Assembly: GCA_965226795.1 (NCBI GenBank)
Contig: CBDDDZ010000004.1
Location: 160,001 to 224,000, forward strand
Length of the DNA stretch: 64,000 nt
Origin: Candidatus Latescibacterota bacterium
Lineage (GTDB): Bacteria; Latescibacterota; UBA2968; GCA-2709665
Direction of reading: 5' to 3'
Part shown: piece after piece, positions 9,379 to 19,602 of the stretch
Layout: each line of letters starts with the position of its first letter
Position numbering within the stretch: the first letter of the stretch is position 1
Notes under the pieces: model-generated
Seen by the model: the letters and a program-made list of their open reading frames with translations, nothing else
The model's database searches: none
Told to the model about the DNA's origin: nothing
Program-made: the position numbers and the translations under genes

Positions 9379-10263
9379 ATGCCACTGACGGAAGCGGAAT
9401 TGAAACAATACGAGGAGCAGGGCGCCGTCGTTGTCGACAGCCCGCTCACAACCGCGGAACTGGACCGCGCAGAAGCCGCGTGGGACAGGCTGACGGCGAG
9501 CGGCCGGCCCCCCTATGAAGACCCCGACTATATGGAGGTCTTCCAGCATCCCTACTTCGAGGAAGCGGCCAGGAAAGTGCTCCGCGCCGAGAACGTGCAC
9601 CTGTGGTGGGGGCTTTCGCCCCACGGCCGTTTTCCGGCCAAAGCGCCCTTCGCGAGCCCGCGCGACCAATGGGCCGGCGGATGCCACACCGACATTCAGG
9701 CCACGTGGGAGGACTTCCAGGCGACGCCCCGCAGGATGCGCGCGGAGCTGTGGTTTTGGCTCAACGACGTGCCGGAGAACCGTGGGGCCATGCGCATACT
9801 ACCCGGAAGTCACCGCCCGATTATGGAATACTGGAGCCGCGTCCTGACCCCGGAACACAAAGCAAGGCTGCCCCGCGTCCACGGGGTGCGCCCGGACCCG
9901 CCCGAAAGCGCGCCGGCCTACCCGGAGTACGTTCCCAACCTGGCAGACACACCCTGGCTGGAGCAGAATCCCGTTCCCGCGGTGGCTCGCCGGGGGCAGA
10001 TGCTGATCCTGTGCAGTTCCGGCCTGCACTCGGCGTGGCAGAATGAGGACACGGTGCCCCGAAAGGCGATGCTTTCGGCCTGGGTCGCCTCCGGCGTTAC
10101 ATGCGGACTCCCGAAAGGTCAGCGCGACGGGTTGATGGATTTCTTCCCGCGGCTGCGCCGGAAACTACGCCCGGAGCGGGCGCATATCGTACCGGAGGAC
10201 TTTGATTGGCTTTTCGAGAGCAACTACGAACCGAAGTGGCCTGAGACGTTTATCGGGACATAG
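9379..10263 (+). CDS. phytanoyl-CoA dioxygenase (PhyH) family Fe(II)/2OG enzyme
   Basis: HTD and distal LHS iron triad, GAMRILPGSH; AGGAGG RBS. Confidence 0.88.
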   Translation: MPLTEAELKQYEEQGAVVVDSPLTTAELDRAEAAWDRLTASGRPPYEDPDYMEVFQHPYFEEAARKVLRAENVHLWWGLSPHGRFPAKAPFASPRDQWAGGCHTDIQATWEDFQATPRRMRAELWFWLNDVPENRGAMRILPGSHRPIMEYWSRVLTPEHKARLPRVHGVRPDPPESAPAYPEYVPNLADTPWLEQNPVPAVARRGQMLILCSSGLHSAWQNEDTVPRKAMLSAWVASGVTCGLPKGQRDGLMDFFPRLRRKLRPERAHIVPEDFDWLFESNYEPKWPETFIGT

Positions 10264-10326
10264 TCCGGCCCTTCCAGAGCTTATTCGCCATACAGTGGAA
10301 ACAGAGAAACACATGGAGGAATTACG

Positions 10327-11553
10327 ATGCAACCGGTCGATCGCGATCGATTCCTGGAAGAGGGCTACCTGGTCGTAAAGGAAGCCATTCCCCGCGAGAA
10401 ACTCCAGGGTGTTCGGAGGGCCTACGAAACGCTCGCGAACCAGCAGCGCGAACATTGGAGGGCCATGAGAAACGAGGGCGACCCGCCAGGAGGCGAGTGG
10501 GAGACGAGTCCGCAACCCCGCCTGATGCTCCAGCGGCCGCCGCTGGTCCACGGGATCAACGAGGAGACTGCGCCCGCAGTGGAGGTGTGGCTGGAACCGG
10601 ACATCCGGGGAATCAGCTCCCGGCTTCTGGGTGTTGCCGACGCGGCGGTAACCGAAATGATGATGATGTGCAGCCCGGTGCGCGACCACGGCCCCGCGAA
10701 GTGGCATCGCGACCACCACCCCATCGACACGGCCCCCCTTCAGGGGTATATCGACGACATCCTCGAAGGGGGACCCCGTTACGTTCAGTGGAACATACCG
10801 CTTTACGACGACAACGTACTGTGGGTAGTACCGGGCAGCCACGTACGGTTAAACACGAAAGAGGAAAACGAGTTGTTGCTGGCCGACCCATGCCAGCCTC
10901 TGCCGAACGGCGTCCAGACCCACCTTGAAGCGGGTGACGGTGTCGTCTACATTCTCCCGATTCTCCACTGGGGCAGCAACTACAGCCCCCGGTTCAGGCG
11001 AACCATTCACGGCGGGTTTTCCACGCACACTTCGATTGACGATCTTTCTTTCGTGGAAAAGCTTCCGCCCGAGGCCGCAGCCGCATTCGTGCGCTGGATT
11101 GACAGCAACCGGAAAATGCAGGGGCATACGGAAGATGCGCTGAGAGCGGTTATCCGAGGCGACGGCGCGGCTTACAAAGAGGCGCTGAATCGGCTTCATC
11201 CGGACAGAGGCGAAAAGGGAGAGTTACTCTCCACCGTCTTCCTGTGCAAGGCCGTATTGGCGATCCGGCTTGCGAAGCATCCCCCGTATCCCGATGTTCC
11301 GGAAGACCTCTCCCGCCGACTGCGGGGCGGGGGACATCCGATCACGCTCAACTGGGGTTCCGATTTCACCGAGCGATTCAACGCACCCGATGCGGAGACG
11401 CTGTGGAGACGATTCGAACCGCTGGACAAGCTGCTCCAATCGCAGGCGGAGCATTTCGTACCCGGGTTTCAATCAGGACCGATGCGGTACCACTTCAACG
11501 AGATGCCGGGAGATTATTCCACTTCAGATTTCATCGCGGGATGGGCCTTGTAG
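10327..11553 (+). CDS. PhyH family dioxygenase with C-terminal extension
   Basis: FLEEGYLVV, WHRD, VVPGSH, LHWGS; GGAGG RBS. Confidence 0.88.
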   Translation: MQPVDRDRFLEEGYLVVKEAIPREKLQGVRRAYETLANQQREHWRAMRNEGDPPGGEWETSPQPRLMLQRPPLVHGINEETAPAVEVWLEPDIRGISSRLLGVADAAVTEMMMMCSPVRDHGPAKWHRDHHPIDTAPLQGYIDDILEGGPRYVQWNIPLYDDNVLWVVPGSHVRLNTKEENELLLADPCQPLPNGVQTHLEAGDGVVYILPILHWGSNYSPRFRRTIHGGFSTHTSIDDLSFVEKLPPEAAAAFVRWIDSNRKMQGHTEDALRAVIRGDGAAYKEALNRLHPDRGEKGELLSTVFLCKAVLAIRLAKHPPYPDVPEDLSRRLRGGGHPITLNWGSDFTERFNAPDAETLWRRFEPLDKLLQSQAEHFVPGFQSGPMRYHFNEMPGDYSTSDFIAGWAL

Positions 11554-11608
11554 CACGTGCCGTAGATGGATAACAGGACCGACCTCCGGCGGCCACGTCT
11601 CACCCGGA

Positions 11609-14524
11609 CTAAAATACGAAAATGTCCTCAAGACCGACCTCGCTGACGGCGCCGTATTTCCCCAGCGCCTCGAGGTCAATCTTGTTTTTGTCGCCGACTA
11701 TGGAGATGAGTTTGACCCTGTTCTTCAGGTTCTGCCCGTAGAACTTGAGCATGTCATCCATTTCGACGACCTGGATTTTCTCGAACCGGGACTTCCGGGG
11801 ATCTACGGGAACGCCCAGACGTTCCCAGGAGCGTACGGAACCCAGTATCTGTCGAAAGCTGATTTTGTTGGTGCGATACCTGTTGAGAATCGAGGTGCGG
11901 GCTTCTTCGAATCTCTCGGGCGAAACCGGGATGTTGTCCATCAGATCCATGAATGCCTCGACGGCTTCCACGGTTTTGTCGGGCTGGCACGCGACCGAGC
12001 CCGCCATGAGGTTCTGGTCTCCTTTCCGATCGCCGTTGAAGTATCGTGCCCAGGCCGAATAGGCCAGCGCACGGGCTTCTCGCAGTTCCTGGAATACGAT
12101 GCCGCTCATCCCGCCACCGAAATAGCTGTTGTAGAGTTCCGTATCGGGAACGGAAGCCTCGTCGTAATCCATATCGCCGAACTCAATGTAGACAAGCGCC
12201 TGAGCGAGCGATTTGTCAAAGAAGCGGATTTCGGTCTTTTCGGGAGTCCGCGCCTTATAGAACCGATATGGTGGGGGATCCTCGAGTTCACCCGATGCCG
12301 GATGGTGTTTTTTCAAGGTCGTCAGGACCTGTTCAAGGGGAAGGGAACCGGTATACGCGATCGTGTGTTTGTATTTGAAGAGGCGGCGGACCAGTGCGTG
12401 AAGTTCGGCTACGGTGGACTGCCCCAAGGCTTCGTTTGGCAACATGCGCAGGTAACGGGACTCTTTACCGTATCGGTTGAATAGAACAACACCGCCCTGT
12501 ATGGTGCGGTGATTTTTTTTCGTGTCTTCACGTTCTGCAAGTACGATTTTCGTAAGTTCGTCAAGGGTTGCGTTGTCAGCAGAGGGGTTATTGACAAGTT
12601 CCTCCATCAGGGTAAGCGAAGCGTCCAGGTTTTCATCGAGTCCGGAGACGGTCACGGTGGTTTCGTTGTTGCCCGCCGACAGGGAGAATTCAGTACCGAG
12701 CTTGTACCACTCCTTCTTGAGGGCTTCGGCGGTGTGACGTCTGGTCCCGGACTTGTCGAGCAACCGGGCGGCAATCCCCATCTTGTTGTTCTGGTTGTTA
12801 CCCAACTCCACGGTGATACTGAGAGTGAAGAGATCGTTGATGGGATTCCGGGAATAGTAGAGTCGGACGCCGTGGTGGTAATCCACGATCCGGTAGTCGC
12901 TGGTCGGATCCACGAATGTCGGTTCGATTTCTTCTGCCGGCATGGCCAGCACACTCTTGGCGAAAACGGACTGCCGGCTGGCGTCGATGTCGATTTTGTC
13001 GATCCGGGGTTTCTGAATCTTGGGAATTTCGTGTTGTTCATCGACGCGGTAGCCGGCAACATATTTGTCCGCGAAATATTTCCGTGCGACGCGGATGACG
13101 TCGTCTCTGGTGACGCGTTCCAGGCGGGTGATCTCACCCGCAGAATGGCGCCAGTCCTGGTATGAAAGAAACGAATTCCGCATCCGGCGCACGCGGGCGT
13201 CATCCGATTCCATTTCCCTCTTTTCGTTCTTTTTGAAGTCGGTGACAATGGCCGGAAGAATCCATTCTTCGAACCTGCCGGCCTTGACAATTTCAAGCTG
13301 TTCGAGCAGCAACTGTTCCAGTTGTTCCAGCGTCTGGTCTTTTTTCGGAACACCCCAGAGATACTGGGCGCCATGGTCGTTGTACAGCGTGGGGTACGAT
13401 CCGGACCGCCGGACCTTCTGTCTCTGGTTGAGGTTGAGGTTGATCAGTCCGGCGGTGGCGTTGTCCAGGATCATATCCAGGAGTCTGAGCGCGTCCGCGT
13501 CCGCGTGATTCCTGGACGCGGTCCGGAAGGCCAGAAGGACGAATTCTTCACCCTGATATTTGACTTTCGCTCGTTCGACGCCGTTCAGGGGAGCTTCCTT
13601 CCAATCGGGCAGTTGAGGAAGTGTACCTGCACGCCATCCGGAGAAATGCTGGTCGATGAGTTTTATCGTATCGTCGATCCGGATGTCTCCCGATATCACG
13701 ATCGCCATATTGTTCGGCACATAATAAGTATTGTAAAACCAATACATGTTTCTCAGCGACGGATTCTTCAGATGTTCCACCTTTCCGATCGTGGTCTGCT
13801 GACCATAGGGATGTTCCTTGTAAAGCAGATCGGCAACGGCGTAACGGATTACCCGGTCTTTGTTGTCCATAGACCGGTTTTTTTCTTCGTAGACGGTCTC
13901 GAGTTCGGACTGAAAGAGCCGAAAGACGGCGTTCTGAAAGCGTTCGGACTCGATTGCGGCCCAATGACGCAGCCGGTTGGCGGGCAGATTGATTCTGTAG
14001 ACGGTCTCTTCGTGCCAGGTATGCGCGTTTAGCCCGGTGCCGCCCATGGTCTTGTAGAGTTTGTCGATTTCGTTTGGAATGGCGTATGCCGCCGCAAGCT
14101 GGGTCTCGCTGTTGATCTCGGCGTAGATGGCCTTTCGCTTTTCCGGATCGGTTTCGTTGAAATGTTCCTCATAGAGCCGGGTGATGCGGTCCAAATGCGC
14201 GTTTTCTTTTTCGAAATCCAGGGAGCCGATGCTTTCCGTGCCCTTGAACAGCATATGTTCCAGGTAGTGCGCCAGGCCGGTGGATTCGGCCGGATCGTGT
14301 TTGCTGCCCGCACGTACGATTATCTCTGCGTAGAAGCGCGGCGTCTGATGATTCTCGGTGAGATAGACCGTGAGGCCATTGTCCAGCCGGAAAATGTGCA
14401 CGGCCATGGGATCGCCGGAACCCGGTTCGTGAATACGGGTGTACCCGCCGTCCGCGCTGGAGACGAAGGTGCAGAGAACGGCGAAGAGGAGAAGGGCGGA
14501 CGACACGGATCGCAACCTGTACAT
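11609..14524 (-). CDS. M16 (insulinase/pitrilysin) family zinc peptidase, exported
   Basis: GLAHYLEHMLFKGT (HxxEH), LNAHTW, ELREARALAYS; signal peptide. Confidence 0.93.
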   Translation of the reverse strand: MYRLRSVSSALLLFAVLCTFVSSADGGYTRIHEPGSGDPMAVHIFRLDNGLTVYLTENHQTPRFYAEIIVRAGSKHDPAESTGLAHYLEHMLFKGTESIGSLDFEKENAHLDRITRLYEEHFNETDPEKRKAIYAEINSETQLAAAYAIPNEIDKLYKTMGGTGLNAHTWHEETVYRINLPANRLRHWAAIESERFQNAVFRLFQSELETVYEEKNRSMDNKDRVIRYAVADLLYKEHPYGQQTTIGKVEHLKNPSLRNMYWFYNTYYVPNNMAIVISGDIRIDDTIKLIDQHFSGWRAGTLPQLPDWKEAPLNGVERAKVKYQGEEFVLLAFRTASRNHADADALRLLDMILDNATAGLINLNLNQRQKVRRSGSYPTLYNDHGAQYLWGVPKKDQTLEQLEQLLLEQLEIVKAGRFEEWILPAIVTDFKKNEKREMESDDARVRRMRNSFLSYQDWRHSAGEITRLERVTRDDVIRVARKYFADKYVAGYRVDEQHEIPKIQKPRIDKIDIDASRQSVFAKSVLAMPAEEIEPTFVDPTSDYRIVDYHHGVRLYYSRNPINDLFTLSITVELGNNQNNKMGIAARLLDKSGTRRHTAEALKKEWYKLGTEFSLSAGNNETTVTVSGLDENLDASLTLMEELVNNPSADNATLDELTKIVLAEREDTKKNHRTIQGGVVLFNRYGKESRYLRMLPNEALGQSTVAELHALVRRLFKYKHTIAYTGSLPLEQVLTTLKKHHPASGELEDPPPYRFYKARTPEKTEIRFFDKSLAQALVYIEFGDMDYDEASVPDTELYNSYFGGGMSGIVFQELREARALAYSAWARYFNGDRKGDQNLMAGSVACQPDKTVEAVEAFMDLMDNIPVSPERFEEARTSILNRYRTNKISFRQILGSVRSWERLGVPVDPRKSRFEKIQVVEMDDMLKFYGQNLKNRVKLISIVGDKNKIDLEALGKYGAVSEVGLEDIFVF

Positions 14525-14690
14525 GAATGAATCTCCCTGTTGTGAATCGGATTTGCCCGGTTGGAAGCGGGTTGGAACGGGTCATGAAAACATCACGGCC
14601 GGCGAAATACCAATATAACAAGAGTCCAGGACGAATTCAATCCCCGACGGCGCTGGCTGCGCCCGCGGCGCACGGCGTACCGTTCCTCTC

Positions 14691-14725
14691 GAAAGGAAAA
14701 GACGGCCGACGTCTTGTCGGCCGTC
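14691..14725 (-). terminator. intrinsic terminator downstream of the DegT gene
   Basis: GACGGCCGAC-5nt-GTCGGCCGTC stem followed on the minus strand by TTTTCCTTTC. Confidence 0.6.
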
Positions 14726-14792
14726 CAGTGCTGATTCCGAATGCGGTCGGGTGCGAGGTGCCCAGCGCGCCGCTCGGACCCGAAGCCCTTCT

Positions 14793-16055
14793 CTACTGAA
14801 GCTCTCCGGCCTGCGCCACCACCTTTCGGAAAGCCTCCGCATGTTCCCTGATTATTTCAGGGCGATAGTGTTTGAACCACGGGATGGAATAGAGACGCTC
14901 CGACATCCGCTCTGTCTGCGGCAGGCTCCCCTCGCCCTGGCGAACGTCAGAGTCGGAATGCGCGACCCGCGTGGGTTCGCCATGCCCGTAAACGTCGGCC
15001 TCGTTCAATACGGGATGCAGATGCATCAGCTGGTTGGCCCCCGCCCCGCAGGAAGTCCCTTCGGCCTTCACCGCCTCACAGAACTTCTGCAAGGTCAGCC
15101 CGCCGAGTTCCTCAGGCACATAGATTCCATGCGCGGCGTACCAACCACCCATTGAACTGCCGGAGTTTTTCGGCGGCCTGTGGGGGCGCAGCCCGGGCGC
15201 ACCTTCGAGCAGGTCCCAGAAGTGGTTCATTGCCCTGTCGATCTCTTCCATCCGTTCCCGATAATGCTTGAGTTGGACCCGGCCTACGGCAGACGAAAGC
15301 TGGTGCATCCTGTATTTGAATCCGCCCAGAGGCAAGCCTGCGAATTTCTTCAACTCGGGATTTTCGATCTGTCCGGTACGCTCGTAATGTCCAAATGCAA
15401 TCGCGCGCTCATAGATCTCTTTGTCGTCGGTGACCAGCATTCCCGCCTCACCGATGGCCAGCGACTTTCCCGCCATGCAGGACATTGCGCCCACGTGGCC
15501 TATCCCGCCCGTCAGTGTTCCCTTGTATTTCGCGCCGTGCGCGTGGGAGACGTCTTCAATCACCTTGATTCCGCGGGCGTTGGCAATCTCCATAATTGCA
15601 TCCATATCGGTCGGATGGCCGAAATAGTGGACCGCCACAATGGCCTTGGTTCTGTCCGTAATCTTTCGTTCCACGTCTGCCGGATCCAGTGTGATCGTAT
15701 CCGGATCGATATCCGCGTAAACAATGGTTGCGCCGAGATTCATCGCCTGCAGGACAGATGCCCAGAACGTCATGCTCTGGCAGATGATTTCATCTCCCAC
15801 GCCCACGCCGCAACCGAACATCGCCGTATGGATGGCCGACGTACCCGTATTGTGCGCAAGCGCGTACTTCGTGCCGAACCAGTCGGTAAACTCCTTTTCA
15901 AACTGCACCGTTACATCCGTGCCTGACATGGCCCCGCGCCGTAACACCTCCAACGCGGCTTCTTCGTCCTCTTCAGTGATAATCGGCCAGGTGAACATAT
16001 CTCCCGGATCGGTCTTCACCGCCCTCGATCCACCCAGAATTGCCAGCTTGTCCAT
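14793..16055 (-). CDS. DegT/DnrJ/EryC1/StrS PLP aminotransferase
   Basis: GTSAIH, IEDVSHAHGA, MSCMAGKSL (Schiff-base Lys present); start at MDKLAILGG after AGGAGG. Confidence 0.92.
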   Translation of the reverse strand: MDKLAILGGSRAVKTDPGDMFTWPIITEEDEEAALEVLRRGAMSGTDVTVQFEKEFTDWFGTKYALAHNTGTSAIHTAMFGCGVGVGDEIICQSMTFWASVLQAMNLGATIVYADIDPDTITLDPADVERKITDRTKAIVAVHYFGHPTDMDAIMEIANARGIKVIEDVSHAHGAKYKGTLTGGIGHVGAMSCMAGKSLAIGEAGMLVTDDKEIYERAIAFGHYERTGQIENPELKKFAGLPLGGFKYRMHQLSSAVGRVQLKHYRERMEEIDRAMNHFWDLLEGAPGLRPHRPPKNSGSSMGGWYAAHGIYVPEELGGLTLQKFCEAVKAEGTSCGAGANQLMHLHPVLNEADVYGHGEPTRVAHSDSDVRQGEGSLPQTERMSERLYSIPWFKHYRPEIIREHAEAFRKVVAQAGELQ

Positions 16056-16141
16056 CGTCGAACCTCCTCGGGAGCGTACCACCCCCACATTCAAGTTAGT
16101 CCACGGAAAACCTTGCAGCACAATACACCGCAACAGACGAC

Positions 16142-16170
16142 TTTATAGCAAAAAAAAATCGAATCCGCAA
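16142..16170 (-). promoter_or_regulatory. sigma70-type promoter for the DegT gene
   Basis: TTGCGG-17bp-TATAAA with TG extended -10; spacer contains a T9 tract. Confidence 0.5.
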
Positions 16171-16272
16171 GCAAATTATCGGGCAATCAACCTTTTACGT
16201 TTCCCCTTGATTTTTCGACATGATTTCGGTAATTAGGCGTCTCGGGCTCATTGAACTTCAGGATTGGTTTCC

Positions 16273-17250
16273 ATGCCTATTCTCATCACTGGTATTACTG
16301 GCAGAATTGGCGCCAACCTTGCCAGAACTCTGGTTAAAGGAGGGCATTCCGTCCGCGGCCTCGTCTGGCCTCGAGACCCCCGCATCGACAAACTGAACGG
16401 CCTGGACGTAGAGCTTGTTTCCGGCAGCCTCACGAATCCCGGAGACGTGCAGAGGGCCGCAAAAGGCGTCAGGGCGGTTTTCCATCTGGGCGCGGCCTTT
16501 CAGGGCGGCGGACCCTTTTCCGAATCCGACTACTTCGAAATCAACGTTCGCGGCACGTTCAACTTGCTCGAAGCCGCCAGAGCACAGGATCCACCGCCAA
16601 GGTTCATCTACGCTGGCACCGACGCCATTTACGAAAAGTACGTTCAGGGGGGGTTGGCCGAGCCAATCCTCGAAGACCGAACTCCCCGACATATCCGAGG
16701 GTGGTACGCCCTCTCCAAATCGCTTGGCGAAGAACTCTGTACAGGATACTGGCTCACCTACAAGCTGCCCGTCGTCGTCCTTCGATTCTGCATGGTCTTT
16801 GGCGCGGGCGAGATTCTGGACTTTCCGCAATTCCATCTGAGCGGATTGAAGGGCCGTCCCGAATTCAAGGGCATGCGCCACGGAAGAGCGTGCCTGGTGG
16901 TACTCAAGGATCAGGAGGGCAGGCCCTACAAGAAACACGTCGCCGACGTGCGCGACATTGTGCATGGTTGCGTCGGGGCATTGCACGCCCAGGCCGTTTT
17001 CGGCGAAACCATTCAACTGGCCGGCCCCGAACCCTTCACCTGGGACGGAGCCGTCCCCTATCTGTCGGATTGTCTGGGCGTCCCGTTCATTGAAGCTGTC
17101 CTGCAGGGTGACCCCACGTTCTACGAATTCGACCTGACCAAAGCCCGCCGGCTGCTGCGTTTCAGACCCCGCTACGACATCCGACAGATGATCGACGACG
17201 CCCTGGCATACCGACGCGGCGAGGACATCGGCGTTCTGCCAACGGACTAG
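16273..17250 (+). CDS. NAD-dependent epimerase/dehydratase (extended SDR)
   Basis: ITGITGRIG, NVRGTFNLL, YALSK (YxxxK). Confidence 0.9.
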   Translation: MPILITGITGRIGANLARTLVKGGHSVRGLVWPRDPRIDKLNGLDVELVSGSLTNPGDVQRAAKGVRAVFHLGAAFQGGGPFSESDYFEINVRGTFNLLEAARAQDPPPRFIYAGTDAIYEKYVQGGLAEPILEDRTPRHIRGWYALSKSLGEELCTGYWLTYKLPVVVLRFCMVFGAGEILDFPQFHLSGLKGRPEFKGMRHGRACLVVLKDQEGRPYKKHVADVRDIVHGCVGALHAQAVFGETIQLAGPEPFTWDGAVPYLSDCLGVPFIEAVLQGDPTFYEFDLTKARRLLRFRPRYDIRQMIDDALAYRRGEDIGVLPTD

Positions 17251-17376
17251 AAACGCCTGCTGCAATTGACGGAAGCCGGACCCGAGGAGATCGTCTTCTC
17301 CTATTGAACACAACGCGAAATGGCGGGCAACATCGGTCGCACGTTTGTGCGATCGTTCGTGCGAAAAGTGGAAACC

Positions 17377-18126
17377 ATGGCCGACAACCCTTCATTCTGG
17401 CCTGAAGAACTCCATGGCGCCGTAAGTCTTACGTTCGACGACGGCCTCGATACGCAATTGGACAATGCGATTCCCTGCCTGGACGACTGTGACCTGAAGG
17501 GGACGTTTTACGTCAACCCGGGCCGGTCCAAAGCCTGGGAATCCCAGATTCCCCGCTGGCAACAGGCCAGCAGACACGGCCATGAACTCGGCAATCACAC
17601 CTCTATGCATCCGTGTTCCTGCAACTTCGGATTTCGTACTGATGGCTTCTGTCTGGAAAACCTGGGGCTGGATGACATCGAGCGGACCATCGACGAAGCC
17701 ACGGAAGACCTGAACCGCCTTGTTCCCGAACAGCAGGGCGACCGAACTTTCTGTTATCCCTGTTACCAAACGTACGTGGGGGCCGGCGAGAACCGGCAAT
17801 CCTACGTACCGCTCGTCGCTCGCCGCTTCAAGGCCGCCCGGGGCTGGGGCGAACGCGCCAACCATCCGGAACGGATAGACCTGGCCTACACCTGGTCGCT
17901 GGCCGTAGACGGTCACACGGGAAAAGAGATAGTCGAGTACATCGATAACGCCGTCAATGACGGCCTTTGGGCTATCATTTGCATGCATGGCGTCGGCGGC
18001 CAGCATCTCTCGATCGAGACAGCGGCCTTAAGGGAAGTCGCTCGTTATCTGGATCGTAACCGAAACCGGATCTGGACCGCCACGATGATCGACGTTGCCG
18101 ACTACATTATCCGGCATCGTCACTGA
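17377..18126 (+). CDS. polysaccharide deacetylase (CE4/NodB-like)
   Basis: SLTFDDG, HELGNHT..H, FCYP, CMHGV. Confidence 0.88.
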   Translation: MADNPSFWPEELHGAVSLTFDDGLDTQLDNAIPCLDDCDLKGTFYVNPGRSKAWESQIPRWQQASRHGHELGNHTSMHPCSCNFGFRTDGFCLENLGLDDIERTIDEATEDLNRLVPEQQGDRTFCYPCYQTYVGAGENRQSYVPLVARRFKAARGWGERANHPERIDLAYTWSLAVDGHTGKEIVEYIDNAVNDGLWAIICMHGVGGQHLSIETAALREVARYLDRNRNRIWTATMIDVADYIIRHRH

Positions 18127-18198
18127 CAGGACGGATAAAGGGACCCTCCGCCGGGCGGACGCCCCTTTGTCGAAAAACCCGAAACACGAGGATTCGGC

Positions 18199-19305
18199 AT
18201 GATCGTACAGACACATCTCATCGGCTGTCCCAAGGAAGACCTGGACACACCCGCGCTCCTGGTGGACCTGCCTACGCTGGAACGCAATACCAGGAAAATG
18301 GCAGATACCATCATCCAGAAGGCGGGCGTCCAATGGCGTCCCCACACCAAGGGAATGAAAACCCCTGCACTCGCCCACAGATTGCTGGACGCGGGCGCCA
18401 TCGGGATTACCTGTGCCAAACTCGGCGAGGCCGAAGTGATGGCCGCGGGTGGCGTCAAGGACATCCTCATTGCCAACCAGATCGTCGGCCACCGAAAAAT
18501 CGCCCGCCTGGTCAACCTTCGCAAACAGGCCGACGTCATGGTTTGCGTGGACGACGAGAGCAACATTCGCCAACTCAATCTCGCCGCCCTGGAAAAAGGC
18601 GTCCGCGTGCGGGTGCTGATTGAAGTCGACGTCGGCATGAACCGGGCAGGCGTTGGGCCGGGCGAGCCCGTTCTATCGCTTGCGCAGACCATTGCCGCCA
18701 GCCCGTGTCTGCAATTCTCTGGCCTGATGACGTGGGAAGCCCACACGCTGGCCATTAAAGACCCCGGCGAAAAGCGGCGGGTCATTTCGGAATCCCTGTC
18801 GAAACTCACGGCCAGCGCGGATCTGTGCCGCCGCAGCGGCCTCTGCGTAGACATTGTCAGTTGCGGCGGCACCGGCACGTACTGGATCAGCGCCTTTCAT
18901 CCCGGCATCACCGAAATCGAAGCCGGCGGCGGCATCTTCGGCGATGTCCGGTATCGCACCGTTTTCGGTGTGGAGCACGAAGACGCCCTCACGGTCGTTT
19001 CCACCGTCACCAGCCGCCCCACGCCCACCCGCATCATCTGTGACGCGGGGAAGAAAACCATGAGCAGCGACGCCGCCGTTCCGGAGCCGATCGGCATCCC
19101 CAATGTCACGTTCGTGGGCCTGTCCGCCGAACACGGCAAGATTGAACTGAGCGCGCCCGCGGAGACCCCGCGAGTTGGCGAAACCATTGAATTCGTAGCG
19201 GGCTACTCCGACACTACGGTTGTGCTTCACGACGAACTCTACGGAATCCGCGACGGCGTCGTTGAAGCCGTCTGGCCGCTTCCGGCTCGCGGCCGCCTGC
19301 AGTGA
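18199..19305 (+). CDS. D-threonine aldolase / DSD1-family PLP enzyme (alanine racemase fold)
   Basis: LDTPALLVD, RPHTK, EVDVGMNRAGV, GGTGT, DAGKK, SAEHG. Confidence 0.9.
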   Translation: MIVQTHLIGCPKEDLDTPALLVDLPTLERNTRKMADTIIQKAGVQWRPHTKGMKTPALAHRLLDAGAIGITCAKLGEAEVMAAGGVKDILIANQIVGHRKIARLVNLRKQADVMVCVDDESNIRQLNLAALEKGVRVRVLIEVDVGMNRAGVGPGEPVLSLAQTIAASPCLQFSGLMTWEAHTLAIKDPGEKRRVISESLSKLTASADLCRRSGLCVDIVSCGGTGTYWISAFHPGITEIEAGGGIFGDVRYRTVFGVEHEDALTVVSTVTSRPTPTRIICDAGKKTMSSDAAVPEPIGIPNVTFVGLSAEHGKIELSAPAETPRVGETIEFVAGYSDTTVVLHDELYGIRDGVVEAVWPLPARGRLQ

Positions 19306-19517
19306 CAACGCCCAATAGGCAATCCTGAATCCCTATGGGTGCAACAGTCTTGCGCAGACGCCCGCTTCAGCGCGAAGACGCTGGCGGCAGTTTGCCGCGG
19401 AACCTGTGAATCCGGAATTCACAACCGGCCGGACACCGTCGTGAAGGTACCGGAATCTGTCGATTCGATCCTCCCCGCCCGTCGTCGAGGACACCTCGAA
19501 ATACGCCCAGTTTTGTA

Positions 19518-19546
19518 TTGACGAATTCCGCATAGATCGTTATAAT
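19518..19546 (+). promoter_or_regulatory. near-consensus sigma70 promoter of the frd operon
   Basis: TTGACG-17bp-TATAAT, about 55 bp upstream of the frdA start. Confidence 0.75.
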
Positions 19547-19602
19547 GGGTGCATTTTGCGAAGGAACTGAACGCGATCATCCTGCGCCTACAGGGGTCTT
19601 TA

